A DNA stretch of 35,021 nt. It comes from Thermoplasmata archaeon. Its GTDB lineage: Archaea; Thermoplasmatota; Thermoplasmata; Halarchaeoplasmatales; Halarchaeoplasmataceae. The stretch lies in NCBI GenBank assembly GCA_019594025.1, contig JAFDUB010000003.1, forward strand, positions 1 to 35,021. The letters run 5' to 3'. Positions 1 to 9,196 of the stretch are shown here, in pieces (position 1 is the first letter of the stretch; every line of letters starts with the position of its first letter). The position numbers and the translations under genes are program-made. The notes below the pieces were generated by a model. The model was not told the DNA's origin. It did no database searches and saw nothing but the letters and a program-made list of their open reading frames with translations.

Positions 1-2
1 AT

Positions 3-281
3 ATGAGCGAACAAACAGAAGAAGGAAAAGTTACTATTGAATTCATATTTTCGGACACATGTCCCGATTGTCCCCCGGCTAAAGAACTAGTAGAAAGGAT
101 AGCGCCGGAATTCGAAGAAGTAGAAGTAAAGTACCTTGAGGCAAGAGATAATCCAGGCCTTATAGAAAAATACGATATAACACACGTTCCAACTGTAGTG
201 ATAAACGGGGAAGTGGCTTTTGTTGAAAGCCTTACCGAGGTTAAACTGAGAACCAAACTCCAAGAACTGATAAATGGCTGA
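3..281 (+). CDS. Thioredoxin/glutaredoxin-like protein
   Basis: 92 aa; CPDC CxxC motif and 'HVPTVVING' cis-Pro motif of the thioredoxin fold; stop overlaps the next start. Confidence 0.85.
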   Translation: MSEQTEEGKVTIEFIFSDTCPDCPPAKELVERIAPEFEEVEVKYLEARDNPGLIEKYDITHVPTVVINGEVAFVESLTEVKLRTKLQELING

Positions 282-1251
282 ACTTGTTTTTGAATTAGTA
301 GGACCTTATTATCGATTATCTTCTGCAGAAGTAAAGGCTGTTATCGAAGGCAAAGGCTGCCGATGGAAGGAAAAAGGATCAGCAAAAGAGGTCTTGGTTC
401 TTGAAACCGATTGCCCTGCGGAATACATAGCTCCTAGGTTAGGATTAACACACCGGGTTCTTCTTCATGAATATACCGGAAAGCAGGAGGATATCATTAA
501 AGGGAATCTAAACGTCGAACTTCCGGAGGGTAGTGCCAAGGTGGAGACAAGACGTATATCTGGAGCCGAGGGAGAAACACAAAATATCAAAGAGGTACTA
601 GGAGATGATTTAGATAATCCAATCGATTTGATAAACCCGGACCATCAAATAGTGGTCCTACTAACCGATAAATGCCATGCCGGCAGGTTTTTGTTTACTT
701 CGGATAAGGAGGGTTATAAAGAGAGAGAAGTAAAAAACAGACCTTTTTTCTCACCCATATCCCTTGAACCCAGGTATGCAAGGGCAGCGGTGAACTTGGC
801 AAGGGTAAAAGAAGGGGAGACGCTGCACGATCCCTTCTGTGGGACCGGGGGAATACTTTTAGAAGCACTGGATATTGGGCTTCGAGCTTCAGGCGGAGAT
901 ATAGATGAAAACATGGTCCAGGGATGTAAAATGAACTTGAAAGAATTTGGATTTGGATGCCCGCTTGAAGTGGGAGATATGGGTAATACTATTCCCTACG
1001 AGTTAGATAATATAGTAACCGACCCTCCGTACGGTAGGGCGGCGTCAACATCGGGAGAAAACATAGTAAGTCTTTACAAACGATTCTTTAGAGTGGCGAA
1101 GGATAGATTGAAAAAAGGTGGTTACCTTTCGGTGATACTGCCGGATAAAAAGTACATGGATACCGCTGAAGGTTTTAGATTTGTAGAGGGGTATAGAACC
1201 AAGGTACATTCATCGCTGGAAAGACACTACCTTGTATTTCAAAAAATTTAA
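274..1251 (+). CDS. tRNA (guanine(10)-N2)-methyltransferase, Trm11/TrmG10 family (THUMP-like + SAM MTase)
   Basis: 'RPFFSPISLEPRYARAAVNL', SAM-binding 'DPFCGTGG', catalytic 'TDPPYG', C-terminal 'VHSSLER'. Confidence 0.85.
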   Translation: MAELVFELVGPYYRLSSAEVKAVIEGKGCRWKEKGSAKEVLVLETDCPAEYIAPRLGLTHRVLLHEYTGKQEDIIKGNLNVELPEGSAKVETRRISGAEGETQNIKEVLGDDLDNPIDLINPDHQIVVLLTDKCHAGRFLFTSDKEGYKEREVKNRPFFSPISLEPRYARAAVNLARVKEGETLHDPFCGTGGILLEALDIGLRASGGDIDENMVQGCKMNLKEFGFGCPLEVGDMGNTIPYELDNIVTDPPYGRAASTSGENIVSLYKRFFRVAKDRLKKGGYLSVILPDKKYMDTAEGFRFVEGYRTKVHSSLERHYLVFQKI

Positions 1252-3071
1252 ACTGTCCGGACACCTATAACCTCAATCGATTCGTACTCACCCGTTCCCT
1301 GTGACTCTATATGTATATAAGCGTAAACAGTTAGGAATTCCGATGTATCGTCTTCCTGAGAGCTCATTTCTACCGTAAATGTTACCTGTGATCCTGTAGA
1401 GACGTTAATCTGTAAGATTTCGCCCTCTTGTTCTCCGTAAGTATACATTATATTCCATCCTTCTCTAGATACGTCCTCCGTGCTGATATTGTACACGTCT
1501 TGATGACCTAGATTGAATATATCTATTTCAAAGGTGGCGGTACCGTTCCTTATGGGAACCACCTTTTCACCCCGTACTTCAGCATTGAAAGAATAAATCA
1601 ATCTTACAGATAGCTCAATAAATCTTTTTCTTTCCGTATTTTCAGACACCGCTTTGAGTTCTATGTCTGTTCGAGGTAAAGCGTGCTCTTCGGCTTGAAC
1701 CTCTAACTTGAATTCAGCAGTCTCTGCCGGCTCTAACTCCACAGAGGTGTAATTCAAATCAATAGGTAACCATTCTGTTTCGTTTCGGATGAACATCTGA
1801 ACGGACCATGCAGTAGAATTACTGAGAGTGTAGCTAACGTTGTAGGTATCCGAGGCGGGATCACCGGTATTGGTGAGATTGACCAGGTACTCGGCACTTT
1901 CGTTGACTGAAAGCATCCTTACGGGTTCGTCCTCTATAAGTTCGAATGAAAAATCGTGTGAATATGTAATTTGCTCTACTGGTATGGGATGAAAGCAGCT
2001 TAATAACAGTAAAATTGCGAAGACGCCAACCGCTTTACGTTTAATATCGAGCCCACTCATATCGTTAAGCGGTGGTGGATGTTTCAATCCCACCATAAAG
2101 AATATGAACAGAGCAAAAATCAACCATCCCGGGTACCAGAATATACCAACGATTACTAAGAAGGCGGCGGCGGCATAACTTGCGTATTTTGCCTGTTCAC
2201 CAAAAAGTGCCCTAGCCACGTGTCCTCCGTCAAGCTGCCCGGCGGGTAATAGGTTCAAACCGGTGACCAGAAATCCGATCCACCCCGCAAAGGCGGTTGG
2301 ATGGAGCATAGCATCGCTGGGAAAGGGCATCAGGTAGGAAATAGCCTGCATTATTATAGGGAAGTTGATGGACATAAAGGTGCCTTCTATGTCTGCTGGG
2401 ACAGGGCGTCCCATTGTCGTTCCTAAATATATACCTAAAATAGATATTGGAACGGCGACTATAAAACCACAAATTGGACCGGCGACGCCGAGGTCAAGCA
2501 GTGACTTTTTATCGGGTATAGGTTCTCGAATACTGATGAAAGCACCTATGGTACCGAGAGGAGGAATGAATGGGATGAAGAACGGTAAGGAGGCTTTTAT
2601 ACCGTGATATCTGGCCAGCATATAGTGTCCCATCTCGTGAATACCGAGTATGGTCATCAGGGGTAAGGTAAAGTAAAGTCCTCCGTTGAGTAAGTTGTAA
2701 AGAGTAAAAAATCCTCCGTTCTGCGGATCGTAAGAGGCCCACCACCACATACCGGCGAACAAGGTTGTACAGATGGTGATTAACAGCATCAATACGTTTG
2801 TTTTGATACCTCTATAATTCTGTTCTGGTTGAGCTTTGACGCTGACTATGAATTCACCACGCGCCTCTCGAAGATGAGGGATGTAATTTTGAGGTACTAG
2901 CTCTTTTCTTAAATCGTTAAAGGGTCTTTCAATATCCTGCTCTGGAGATATACGAACGTACAGGTTAACTATATCGTACTCTATTTCAGTTCTGTAGATA
3001 GGAAAGTACTTTCCCACGATCGATTGTAAGTATTCTACCTGGTTTATGTAGTCTTCTGGTCGAGCTACCAT
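1248..3071 (-). CDS. Site-2 (M50) intramembrane metalloprotease with C-terminal beta-rich extracellular extension
   Basis: HEMGH zinc motif, 'AGP', 'NLLPAGQLDGGH', multiple TM segments; about 240 aa acidic C-terminal region. Confidence 0.9.
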   Translation of the reverse strand: MVARPEDYINQVEYLQSIVGKYFPIYRTEIEYDIVNLYVRISPEQDIERPFNDLRKELVPQNYIPHLREARGEFIVSVKAQPEQNYRGIKTNVLMLLITICTTLFAGMWWWASYDPQNGGFFTLYNLLNGGLYFTLPLMTILGIHEMGHYMLARYHGIKASLPFFIPFIPPLGTIGAFISIREPIPDKKSLLDLGVAGPICGFIVAVPISILGIYLGTTMGRPVPADIEGTFMSINFPIIMQAISYLMPFPSDAMLHPTAFAGWIGFLVTGLNLLPAGQLDGGHVARALFGEQAKYASYAAAAFLVIVGIFWYPGWLIFALFIFFMVGLKHPPPLNDMSGLDIKRKAVGVFAILLLLSCFHPIPVEQITYSHDFSFELIEDEPVRMLSVNESAEYLVNLTNTGDPASDTYNVSYTLSNSTAWSVQMFIRNETEWLPIDLNYTSVELEPAETAEFKLEVQAEEHALPRTDIELKAVSENTERKRFIELSVRLIYSFNAEVRGEKVVPIRNGTATFEIDIFNLGHQDVYNISTEDVSREGWNIMYTYGEQEGEILQINVSTGSQVTFTVEMSSQEDDTSEFLTVYAYIHIESQGTGEYESIEVIGVRTV

Positions 3072-3160
3072 TTAATACTCTTTAGCAACATCGGGCTAAT
3101 AAGTGTTGTGGGTTTATGATAATCGAAAATCTTATGATTAAGTAGCAGATGGGGGCTAGC

Positions 3161-3628
3161 ATGAGTGCTCTATCAACCGACAGGAGGGGAGATATACCGG
3201 GATTACCTCTGGAACTCATGGTGATAGGGTTGGTAATGGTGGTAGTTATTCCCTCGGTCTATTCCATCTCTAATCACTATAGAGACCAAAGGATAGAACA
3301 GATGCTGCAGGACGAGTTGAGTAAATTTAAACGAGCGGCGCAGGAGGTAGAAGGTACAGGGGCCGGGAATGTAAGGGTGGTCAAACTCTCTCTCTCTTCT
3401 TTATCTAGAGTAGAATACGTACGCTGTGGAGGGGAGATGCCGATGGTTATCAGATATCGTTTGACTAGAGGCAGCGAGAAAACCTTCAACCTAGGGGTAG
3501 CGGTTACGAATATTACGGATGAAGGAGCTAATGAAATCGAGCTTCCTCTGGACGGTACGGTGATTGCACTTAGACGTACACTCGCCTACGAGGGACTTGT
3601 CGAAGTTAGAGTGGGTGATTTTAGTTGA
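3161..3628 (+). CDS. Archaeal pilin-like protein (class III signal peptide candidate)
   Basis: Short leader 'DRRG' followed by 'DIPGLPLELMVIGLVMVVVIP' hydrophobic helix; ATG 3161 follows a GGGGG RBS-like run (ORF track starts at 3149). Confidence 0.55.
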   Translation: MSALSTDRRGDIPGLPLELMVIGLVMVVVIPSVYSISNHYRDQRIEQMLQDELSKFKRAAQEVEGTGAGNVRVVKLSLSSLSRVEYVRCGGEMPMVIRYRLTRGSEKTFNLGVAVTNITDEGANEIELPLDGTVIALRRTLAYEGLVEVRVGDFS

Positions 3629-4125
3629 GAAGAATCTGTAGGGATAAGAGGGGGATGGTCGAGATGCCTTTCAAACTCATACTGATGTGTGTACTGCTGG
3701 GATTACTCATTCCCACAACAGCGTATGGGTATCGACAGGTTTCCAGGATAAGACTAACTAGGACCGTAGAAGAAAATATCGATGATTTGTTGTTCAAAGC
3801 TAAGAGGATATCACAACAGGGCGACCTGTCTAGAGTGCTGATTGAATTCGATGCGGAAGGTGGGCCGATGGCAAGTTTAGATTACGTTAAATTCGGTGGA
3901 ACGTTAGGTGAAGATGACAACTTTATAGAGTACCGGATGGGATGGTGGAATCAACCCATGTACATATCTACCGAGGGATTGTGTCTAACCTCTCCAAAAA
4001 ACAGTAGTTTTTATCTTAGAGGGGGGAATCACGAACTGGCTCTTACCCGGCTCACGGTATCCAACGAAACCGTGGTTGTACTGTCAGGAGCGGTACATCA
4101 CGTGGACCCAGATTCCTTCTCTTGA
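3625..4125 (+). CDS. Archaeal pilin-like protein (class III signal peptide candidate)
   Basis: 'RDKRG|MVEMPFKLILMCVLLGLLIP'; TTG start with GGTGA RBS, overlapping the upstream stop. Confidence 0.6.
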   Translation: MRRICRDKRGMVEMPFKLILMCVLLGLLIPTTAYGYRQVSRIRLTRTVEENIDDLLFKAKRISQQGDLSRVLIEFDAEGGPMASLDYVKFGGTLGEDDNFIEYRMGWWNQPMYISTEGLCLTSPKNSSFYLRGGNHELALTRLTVSNETVVVLSGAVHHVDPDSFS

Positions 4126-4580
4126 TCCGACGTGAAGTCATCTAGTGTTCTACCCTTCCAACTGCCACCACGGCCAAGATGGATAACCTCCCAACCATGT
4201 TCCTCCAACTTTTCGGAAATGAATCTTCTATGGCATCTCGAAGGTTCCTTCTCGAGACACATTATCACAGTAGTAGCCTCCGAAGCGAACTCGATCAACT
4301 CAAAAAAAGCTTTTTTCCACACGTCGGTCTCCATCCGTTCTCGGTAGTTCTCTATCTCAAGGCCTCCGAGGGCCTTCATATGTTTGTACAGTATTCCTTT
4401 TTTGAACAGGATTTTTTTTAGTTCATCTCTACTGAATTCACTTCTTTGAGAATGGGGTGAGGTTCTAACATCGGCTAAATGCCTTATTCCCTTTTCTGAG
4501 ATTAGTTTTATGAATCCGTCCAGGGTTTTATCTTCGTACCCGATAGTGTAGATCCTTCTCACAATCCGTGTATAGTACAA
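4098..4580 (-). CDS. DUF488 family protein
   Basis: 'IYTIGYE', 'LADVR..P.S', 'LGG', 'MCLE..P.RCHR' motifs; exact start uncertain. Confidence 0.85.
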   Translation of the reverse strand: MYYTRIVRRIYTIGYEDKTLDGFIKLISEKGIRHLADVRTSPHSQRSEFSRDELKKILFKKGILYKHMKALGGLEIENYRERMETDVWKKAFFELIEFASEATTVIMCLEKEPSRCHRRFISEKLEEHGWEVIHLGRGGSWKGRTLDDFTSDQEKESGST

Positions 4581-4637
4581 TTAGGATAAAAGTATTTTCA
4601 TTGTAAGATGTAGATAAGGATGCAAAAGCATAGAAAT

Positions 4638-4646
4638 TTTTAAATA
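4638..4646 (+). promoter_or_regulatory. TATA box (TTTTAAATA) with purine-rich BRE-like sequence upstream, for the RHH gene
   Basis: agaaatttttaaata upstream of the RHH ORF. Confidence 0.5.
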
Positions 4647-4715
4647 CCGTTATCCTATTGTAGGACGTACGGCATACAAAAGATGTCGGATAAGGGTACA
4701 ACATGGAGAATTAAG

Positions 4716-4949
4716 ATGTCAGAAACCGAGAAAATCACGATAAGGCTGCCCAAGAGTTATCTTGAGCGTGTGGATTTTCTCGTAGAGATGGACGACTTCC
4801 CCAGCCGCTCTGAAGCCGTAAGAACCGCCGTTAGAGATATGCTGTATTACCGGATCGAACTGGTAGCGGATAAGGTGGAGAAAATGGTGGAGCAGGAGCG
4901 GAAGATGGCCCAGGCAAAAGCAATAAAAGAAGAATATTTGAAGAGGTGA
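4716..4949 (+). CDS. cdrS: Ribbon-helix-helix regulator, CdrS-like
   Basis: 'EKITIRLP...FPSRSEAVRTAVRDML' matches the archaeal CdrS pattern; GGAG RBS before ATG 4716 (alternative start 4683). Confidence 0.7.
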   Translation: MSETEKITIRLPKSYLERVDFLVEMDDFPSRSEAVRTAVRDMLYYRIELVADKVEKMVEQERKMAQAKAIKEEYLKR

Positions 4950-4968
4950 ATTGGGATGCTCTCTAACC

Positions 4969-5028
4969 GGCCCGGGTCCCCCTCGGGCCTTTCACGATAA
5001 AATATCTCCCCCCTTTCCTTTTTTATTT
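4969..5028 (+). terminator. GC hairpin followed by pyrimidine/T tract between convergent genes
   Basis: GGCCCGG-gtccccc-TCGGGCC (4969-4989) then ccctttccttttttattt. Confidence 0.5.
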
Positions 5029-6175
5029 ATACACCCATTGCTAGACGAAGCATGTTGCGTACCCCTGGTGCAAGACCAAGAACTATAACGGCAAATTGAA
5101 GAAGTCTTTTTACATTTGGGATCTCTTTTAACTCCTCATAATACCAAACGTCTAGAGAATATATTACTAAAAATATGAGGACAATCTTCAACGGATACAT
5201 GACCAAAGAAGTGCCGATAAGGTCTATTGCAAGAGCCGGTAGGACGTGCTTCTCAACGTACCCGTAGGCACTTATACCTCGGTAAGTGGCCGAGGCGTCG
5301 AGCATGTGGGCGAATACTATGAGTGGGTTTACCGCTGTTAGAAATGTTTTGAAGTTGGAAAATTTAAAAGACAGCAACCATACGATACCAAACAGAATGG
5401 AAGAGCTTACTATGGTTAATAGGAGGATTATTCCGATCTCAAACGGTCTTGTTCCATCTAGGGTTAAAAGGTAGTAAGATATGTAAAATAAGGTGAATGC
5501 CAGCAGAGACGTACCGTAGGAACTCAATAGGTATCTCGGTCCGATCGTGTCTAGGTGGTAGCCAATTAAATAAGATATGACGGTTACCCCAGCTAATAAC
5601 AATAAAACATAGTTGACATAAGGGGGATTCAACATTAGTGCGAATATAAGCGGAGGTAAAAGTGATAGAGCTCTCACCATGTGAGTGGATAAATTTGGTT
5701 CCATACTCGATAATTTTGAACCTAGTACAAGTGTAAGTATGGCGCCTATACCCAGCACAAAATAGATTACCGGAGATATGAAAAACGGACTAATAGAGGA
5801 AGAGAAAAACCCTGCATCTTCGAGGCTTCTGAAGGTACCTCCCAATATTACCCACGGCATGAGTGAAAGCATCAAACTTCGATCCATCTCAATATCATAT
5901 CTTTGAAATATCTCTAAGATACCAAGTAAAGCCACAACCATGGATACCGCATAAACCAGTGTGTTGACGATGTTGTATCCGGCAGATATTCCATTTACCT
6001 GCTCCCCCCGTGCATCTGCAACCACCGGACCCCATATATACCTCCAGAGAAAGGCATCCCAGAATAGTTCTTTGAGTAATATACTACCGATTAAAAGTAC
6101 AAGAGGTATACCTATTAGTACAATAGACCAGAACAGTATTTTGTGTTCTTTATAAGCCTCCGCCGGATCCATCAT
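5027..6175 (-). CDS. DUF63 family multi-pass membrane protein
   Basis: 'YIWGPVVADA', 'GYNIVNT', 'RSLED', 'AHMLDA', 'EKHVL', 'LGLAPGVRN' motifs; many TM helices. Confidence 0.8.
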   Translation of the reverse strand: MMDPAEAYKEHKILFWSIVLIGIPLVLLIGSILLKELFWDAFLWRYIWGPVVADARGEQVNGISAGYNIVNTLVYAVSMVVALLGILEIFQRYDIEMDRSLMLSLMPWVILGGTFRSLEDAGFFSSSISPFFISPVIYFVLGIGAILTLVLGSKLSSMEPNLSTHMVRALSLLPPLIFALMLNPPYVNYVLLLLAGVTVISYLIGYHLDTIGPRYLLSSYGTSLLAFTLFYISYYLLTLDGTRPFEIGIILLLTIVSSSILFGIVWLLSFKFSNFKTFLTAVNPLIVFAHMLDASATYRGISAYGYVEKHVLPALAIDLIGTSLVMYPLKIVLIFLVIYSLDVWYYEELKEIPNVKRLLQFAVIVLGLAPGVRNMLRLAMGV

Positions 6176-7956
6176 TCAACCGTCACGCTCTTTGCAAGGT
6201 TCCTAGGTTTATCGATAGCACAATCAAGTTCGTATGCTGTATAATACGCCAAGAGCTGTAGAACCACGTTGACCAGTATCGGTGAGAACATCGGTGGTAC
6301 GGAGGGTATAGTTATCAGCTTGTCGGATAACTTTTTCAGTTCTTTGTCATGGTCACCAACCGCGATGATAGGACTACTACGGGCTGCGATCTCCCCAATA
6401 TTTCCCAGCATCTTCTCGAAGGTGTGGTCTTTCACCAATATAGCTACCACGGGAGTGTTTTCGGTGAGTAGAGCGAAGGGGCCGTGTTTGAGCTCACCCG
6501 CAGGATAGCCGGCGGAATGTATATAGGCGATCTCCTTAAGTTTTAAAGCCCCCTCCAGGGCGACAGGGTAGTTTATATTACGACCGACAAAGAAGATGTC
6601 GTCGGCATCCACCAATTTTTCGCAAACCTTCCTTATATCTTCCGATTGGTCCAGAAGAACTTTTACGTGCCTAGGAAGTCTTCTTAACTCATCCCTGTAA
6701 TCTTGAGCATTTTCCCTCAACAACTTATTGTTGTTCAGCCCCAGCTCCATGGCTATGAGATAAAGCACTATAAGCTGGGTGGTGAACGTTTTGGTGGCGG
6801 CGACACCTATCTCCGGACCTGCTTGGGTGTAGATAACTTCATCCACCTCGCGAGTTATACTGCTGTTCATCACGTTGGTGATAGCCATCGTCTTACAGCC
6901 ACGCTGTTTTGCCTCCTTAGCGGCGGCGATGGTATCTGCGGTTTCACCACTTTGGCTTATCAGTATGGTGAATGGTAAATACTCGGATGGAGACGAGTAC
7001 CTATACTCGGAAGCGAGTTCGGCGGTACATGGTATCTTCGCGATTTCTTCTATGATGTACTTACCCACTAGGGCTGCATGGTAAGAAGTTCCGCACGATA
7101 TGATCCTTATGAATCTCGTATCGTATTGTTTAAAGTCGACATCGTTGAATTCAACCAGCCTACCGAGAAGAGAATCGTGTATCGCCTTCGGCTGCTCGTA
7201 AATCTCTTTAAGCATGTAGTGTTCGTATCCCCCCTTCTCCGCATCCTCTAGATTCCAGTCTATTTCAACCGTTTCTCTCTCTACGGCATTACCGAGAGAA
7301 TCCCAGATATGCACTCCGTTAGAGCTTATCTCTGCCACATCTCCATCCTCTAGATACTTGACTTCATTAGTGTAATCTAAAACTGCGGGAACATCGGAAG
7401 CTATTAGATTCTCATCCACCCCTACACCTATGACCAAAGGACTTTGATCCCTAGCTATTACGATCCTGTTGGAATCTTTCTGTACAGCACATATTGCATA
7501 CGAACCTCTGAGCATACCAACTATATTTTTAAGGGTTTCTACAAGATCACCCTGGTAGTTTTCTTCTATCAAATGGGCGATAACTTCACTGTCGGTTTCA
7601 GATGTAAATTCATGACCTTTTTTTATCAATTCTTCTTTGAGCGTTACGAAGTTATCTATGATACCGTTGTGCACCACTGCAAATTCACCGGTACAGTCGG
7701 AAAAAGGATGGGCGTTTTCGTCGGAAGGTTTACCATGTGTGGCCCAGCGTGTATGACCTATTCCTACGTTACCATTCGGAAAGTCATCCTCATCTAGCTC
7801 TCTGATCCTTCCTTTGGTCTTCTGCACGTATATTCCATTATTCTCCACTATGGCGACTCCTGCTGAATCGTAACCTCTGTATTCTAATCTCTTCAAACCC
7901 TTCAGCAGTATGCCGCCGACGTTGTTAATTCCAGTATACCCAACAATTCCACACAA
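6172..7956 (-). CDS. glmS: Glutamine--fructose-6-phosphate transaminase (isomerizing)
   Basis: N-terminal MCGIVG, 'LEYRGYDSAG', 'GHTRWATHG', 'SQSGETAD', C-terminal 'PRNLAKSVTVE'; TTG start with GAGGTGA RBS. Confidence 0.98.
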   Translation of the reverse strand: MCGIVGYTGINNVGGILLKGLKRLEYRGYDSAGVAIVENNGIYVQKTKGRIRELDEDDFPNGNVGIGHTRWATHGKPSDENAHPFSDCTGEFAVVHNGIIDNFVTLKEELIKKGHEFTSETDSEVIAHLIEENYQGDLVETLKNIVGMLRGSYAICAVQKDSNRIVIARDQSPLVIGVGVDENLIASDVPAVLDYTNEVKYLEDGDVAEISSNGVHIWDSLGNAVERETVEIDWNLEDAEKGGYEHYMLKEIYEQPKAIHDSLLGRLVEFNDVDFKQYDTRFIRIISCGTSYHAALVGKYIIEEIAKIPCTAELASEYRYSSPSEYLPFTILISQSGETADTIAAAKEAKQRGCKTMAITNVMNSSITREVDEVIYTQAGPEIGVAATKTFTTQLIVLYLIAMELGLNNNKLLRENAQDYRDELRRLPRHVKVLLDQSEDIRKVCEKLVDADDIFFVGRNINYPVALEGALKLKEIAYIHSAGYPAGELKHGPFALLTENTPVVAILVKDHTFEKMLGNIGEIAARSSPIIAVGDHDKELKKLSDKLITIPSVPPMFSPILVNVVLQLLAYYTAYELDCAIDKPRNLAKSVTVE

Positions 7957-7967
7957 TTAAGTTCACC

Positions 7968-9158
7968 TCAGAAGACCGTACTCCTAGAGGATATATCCTC
8001 TCTCAACACCACACCCGTTCGAATATTACACACTTCACCAATCAATATACCGGGATGGGAAGTAACACCTCCGGCAATAACGGTGTCTTCCCCGATCATA
8101 CAGCCTATGTTCTCAACCCTTTCCAACCGACCATCGACTGTCATATCGACCGTATCTACGTGTGAAGAGAATCCGGCGCCGATTTTAACACCCTCTCCTA
8201 TCACAGAAGAGTCCAAAAGTGATTTTGGCCCGAGATTTACACCATCCATGACTATGGAGTTATGCACCATTGCGAAAGGCCCGATCCTACAGTCGTTTCC
8301 TATACTAGATGATGGTGATATGCACGCCAGAGGACCGATTTCGCATCCTTCCCCTATAATTGCCGGCCCTTCTATGTACGTTCCTCCTTTGATAACGGAA
8401 CCCTCGCCTATGCTGACATCACCTTTGATAGTAACGCCGTCTTCTATCACTCCCTTCACCGAAGGAGCGGTATCGGTGACCGCGGCGGAATTTAGCTTTA
8501 GAAGATCCCAAGGGTACACGGCGTCCATCCATCTGGAATCTGTGCGTATTCCGTAGATCGGTTCCTCGGCCTTCAAAGAATTCATGACCGAGGTTAGGTC
8601 GTAGGTGTTATCGAGCATCATCTCGTGGATCCTTGTAAAAACATCAGTCGATAGGTAGTAAATACCCGTAGATATAAGGTGGCTTGTACTCTTTTCAGGT
8701 TTCTCTACTATCCTATTCACAACTCCATTGTGCATTGAGACTACGCCGTACTTAGAAGGATGTTCGTTTTTGGTAATCAGCATCGAAGTGCCCTTTAATT
8801 CTGAAAGAAAATCCTGTATAGTTTCTTGACTGACCAGGTTGTCACCGGGGAGTACGATAAAATTATCATCGACCACGTGTCGTGCCTGATAAAGCGCATG
8901 GGCGGTACCGAGTTGTTTTGGCTGTGTGATATACTGTATCTTAGCACCGAATTCCTCCCCATTACCGAAATAAGACATTATTCGCTGCCTGTGATAACCG
9001 ACCACGATAATGATATCGGTGACATTACATTCAACTAGAGCTTCTACAACATGTCGTAGTATCGGTTTGTTGGCTACAGGGATCATCACCTTTGGCTCGG
9101 AGGATGTAAAGGGTCTCAGTCTCGTGCCCTCTCCTGCAGCCAGGATAACTGCTTTCAT
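7968..9158 (-). CDS. glmU: Archaeal bifunctional sugar-1-phosphate nucleotidylyltransferase/acetyltransferase
   Basis: 'KAVILAAGEGTRLRP..PK' NTP-transferase motif, C-terminal hexapeptide repeats, adjacent to glmS. Confidence 0.85.
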   Translation of the reverse strand: MKAVILAAGEGTRLRPFTSSEPKVMIPVANKPILRHVVEALVECNVTDIIIVVGYHRQRIMSYFGNGEEFGAKIQYITQPKQLGTAHALYQARHVVDDNFIVLPGDNLVSQETIQDFLSELKGTSMLITKNEHPSKYGVVSMHNGVVNRIVEKPEKSTSHLISTGIYYLSTDVFTRIHEMMLDNTYDLTSVMNSLKAEEPIYGIRTDSRWMDAVYPWDLLKLNSAAVTDTAPSVKGVIEDGVTIKGDVSIGEGSVIKGGTYIEGPAIIGEGCEIGPLACISPSSSIGNDCRIGPFAMVHNSIVMDGVNLGPKSLLDSSVIGEGVKIGAGFSSHVDTVDMTVDGRLERVENIGCMIGEDTVIAGGVTSHPGILIGEVCNIRTGVVLREDISSRSTVF

Positions 9159-9196
9159 ACAACTTCAATTAAATGCACAGGATATAAGGATTTTGT

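Noticed and set aside
4098-4125. 28-bp convergent overlap between the pilin-like gene and DUF488 as antisense regulation
   Set aside because: Short 3' overlaps are routine in compact archaeal genomes
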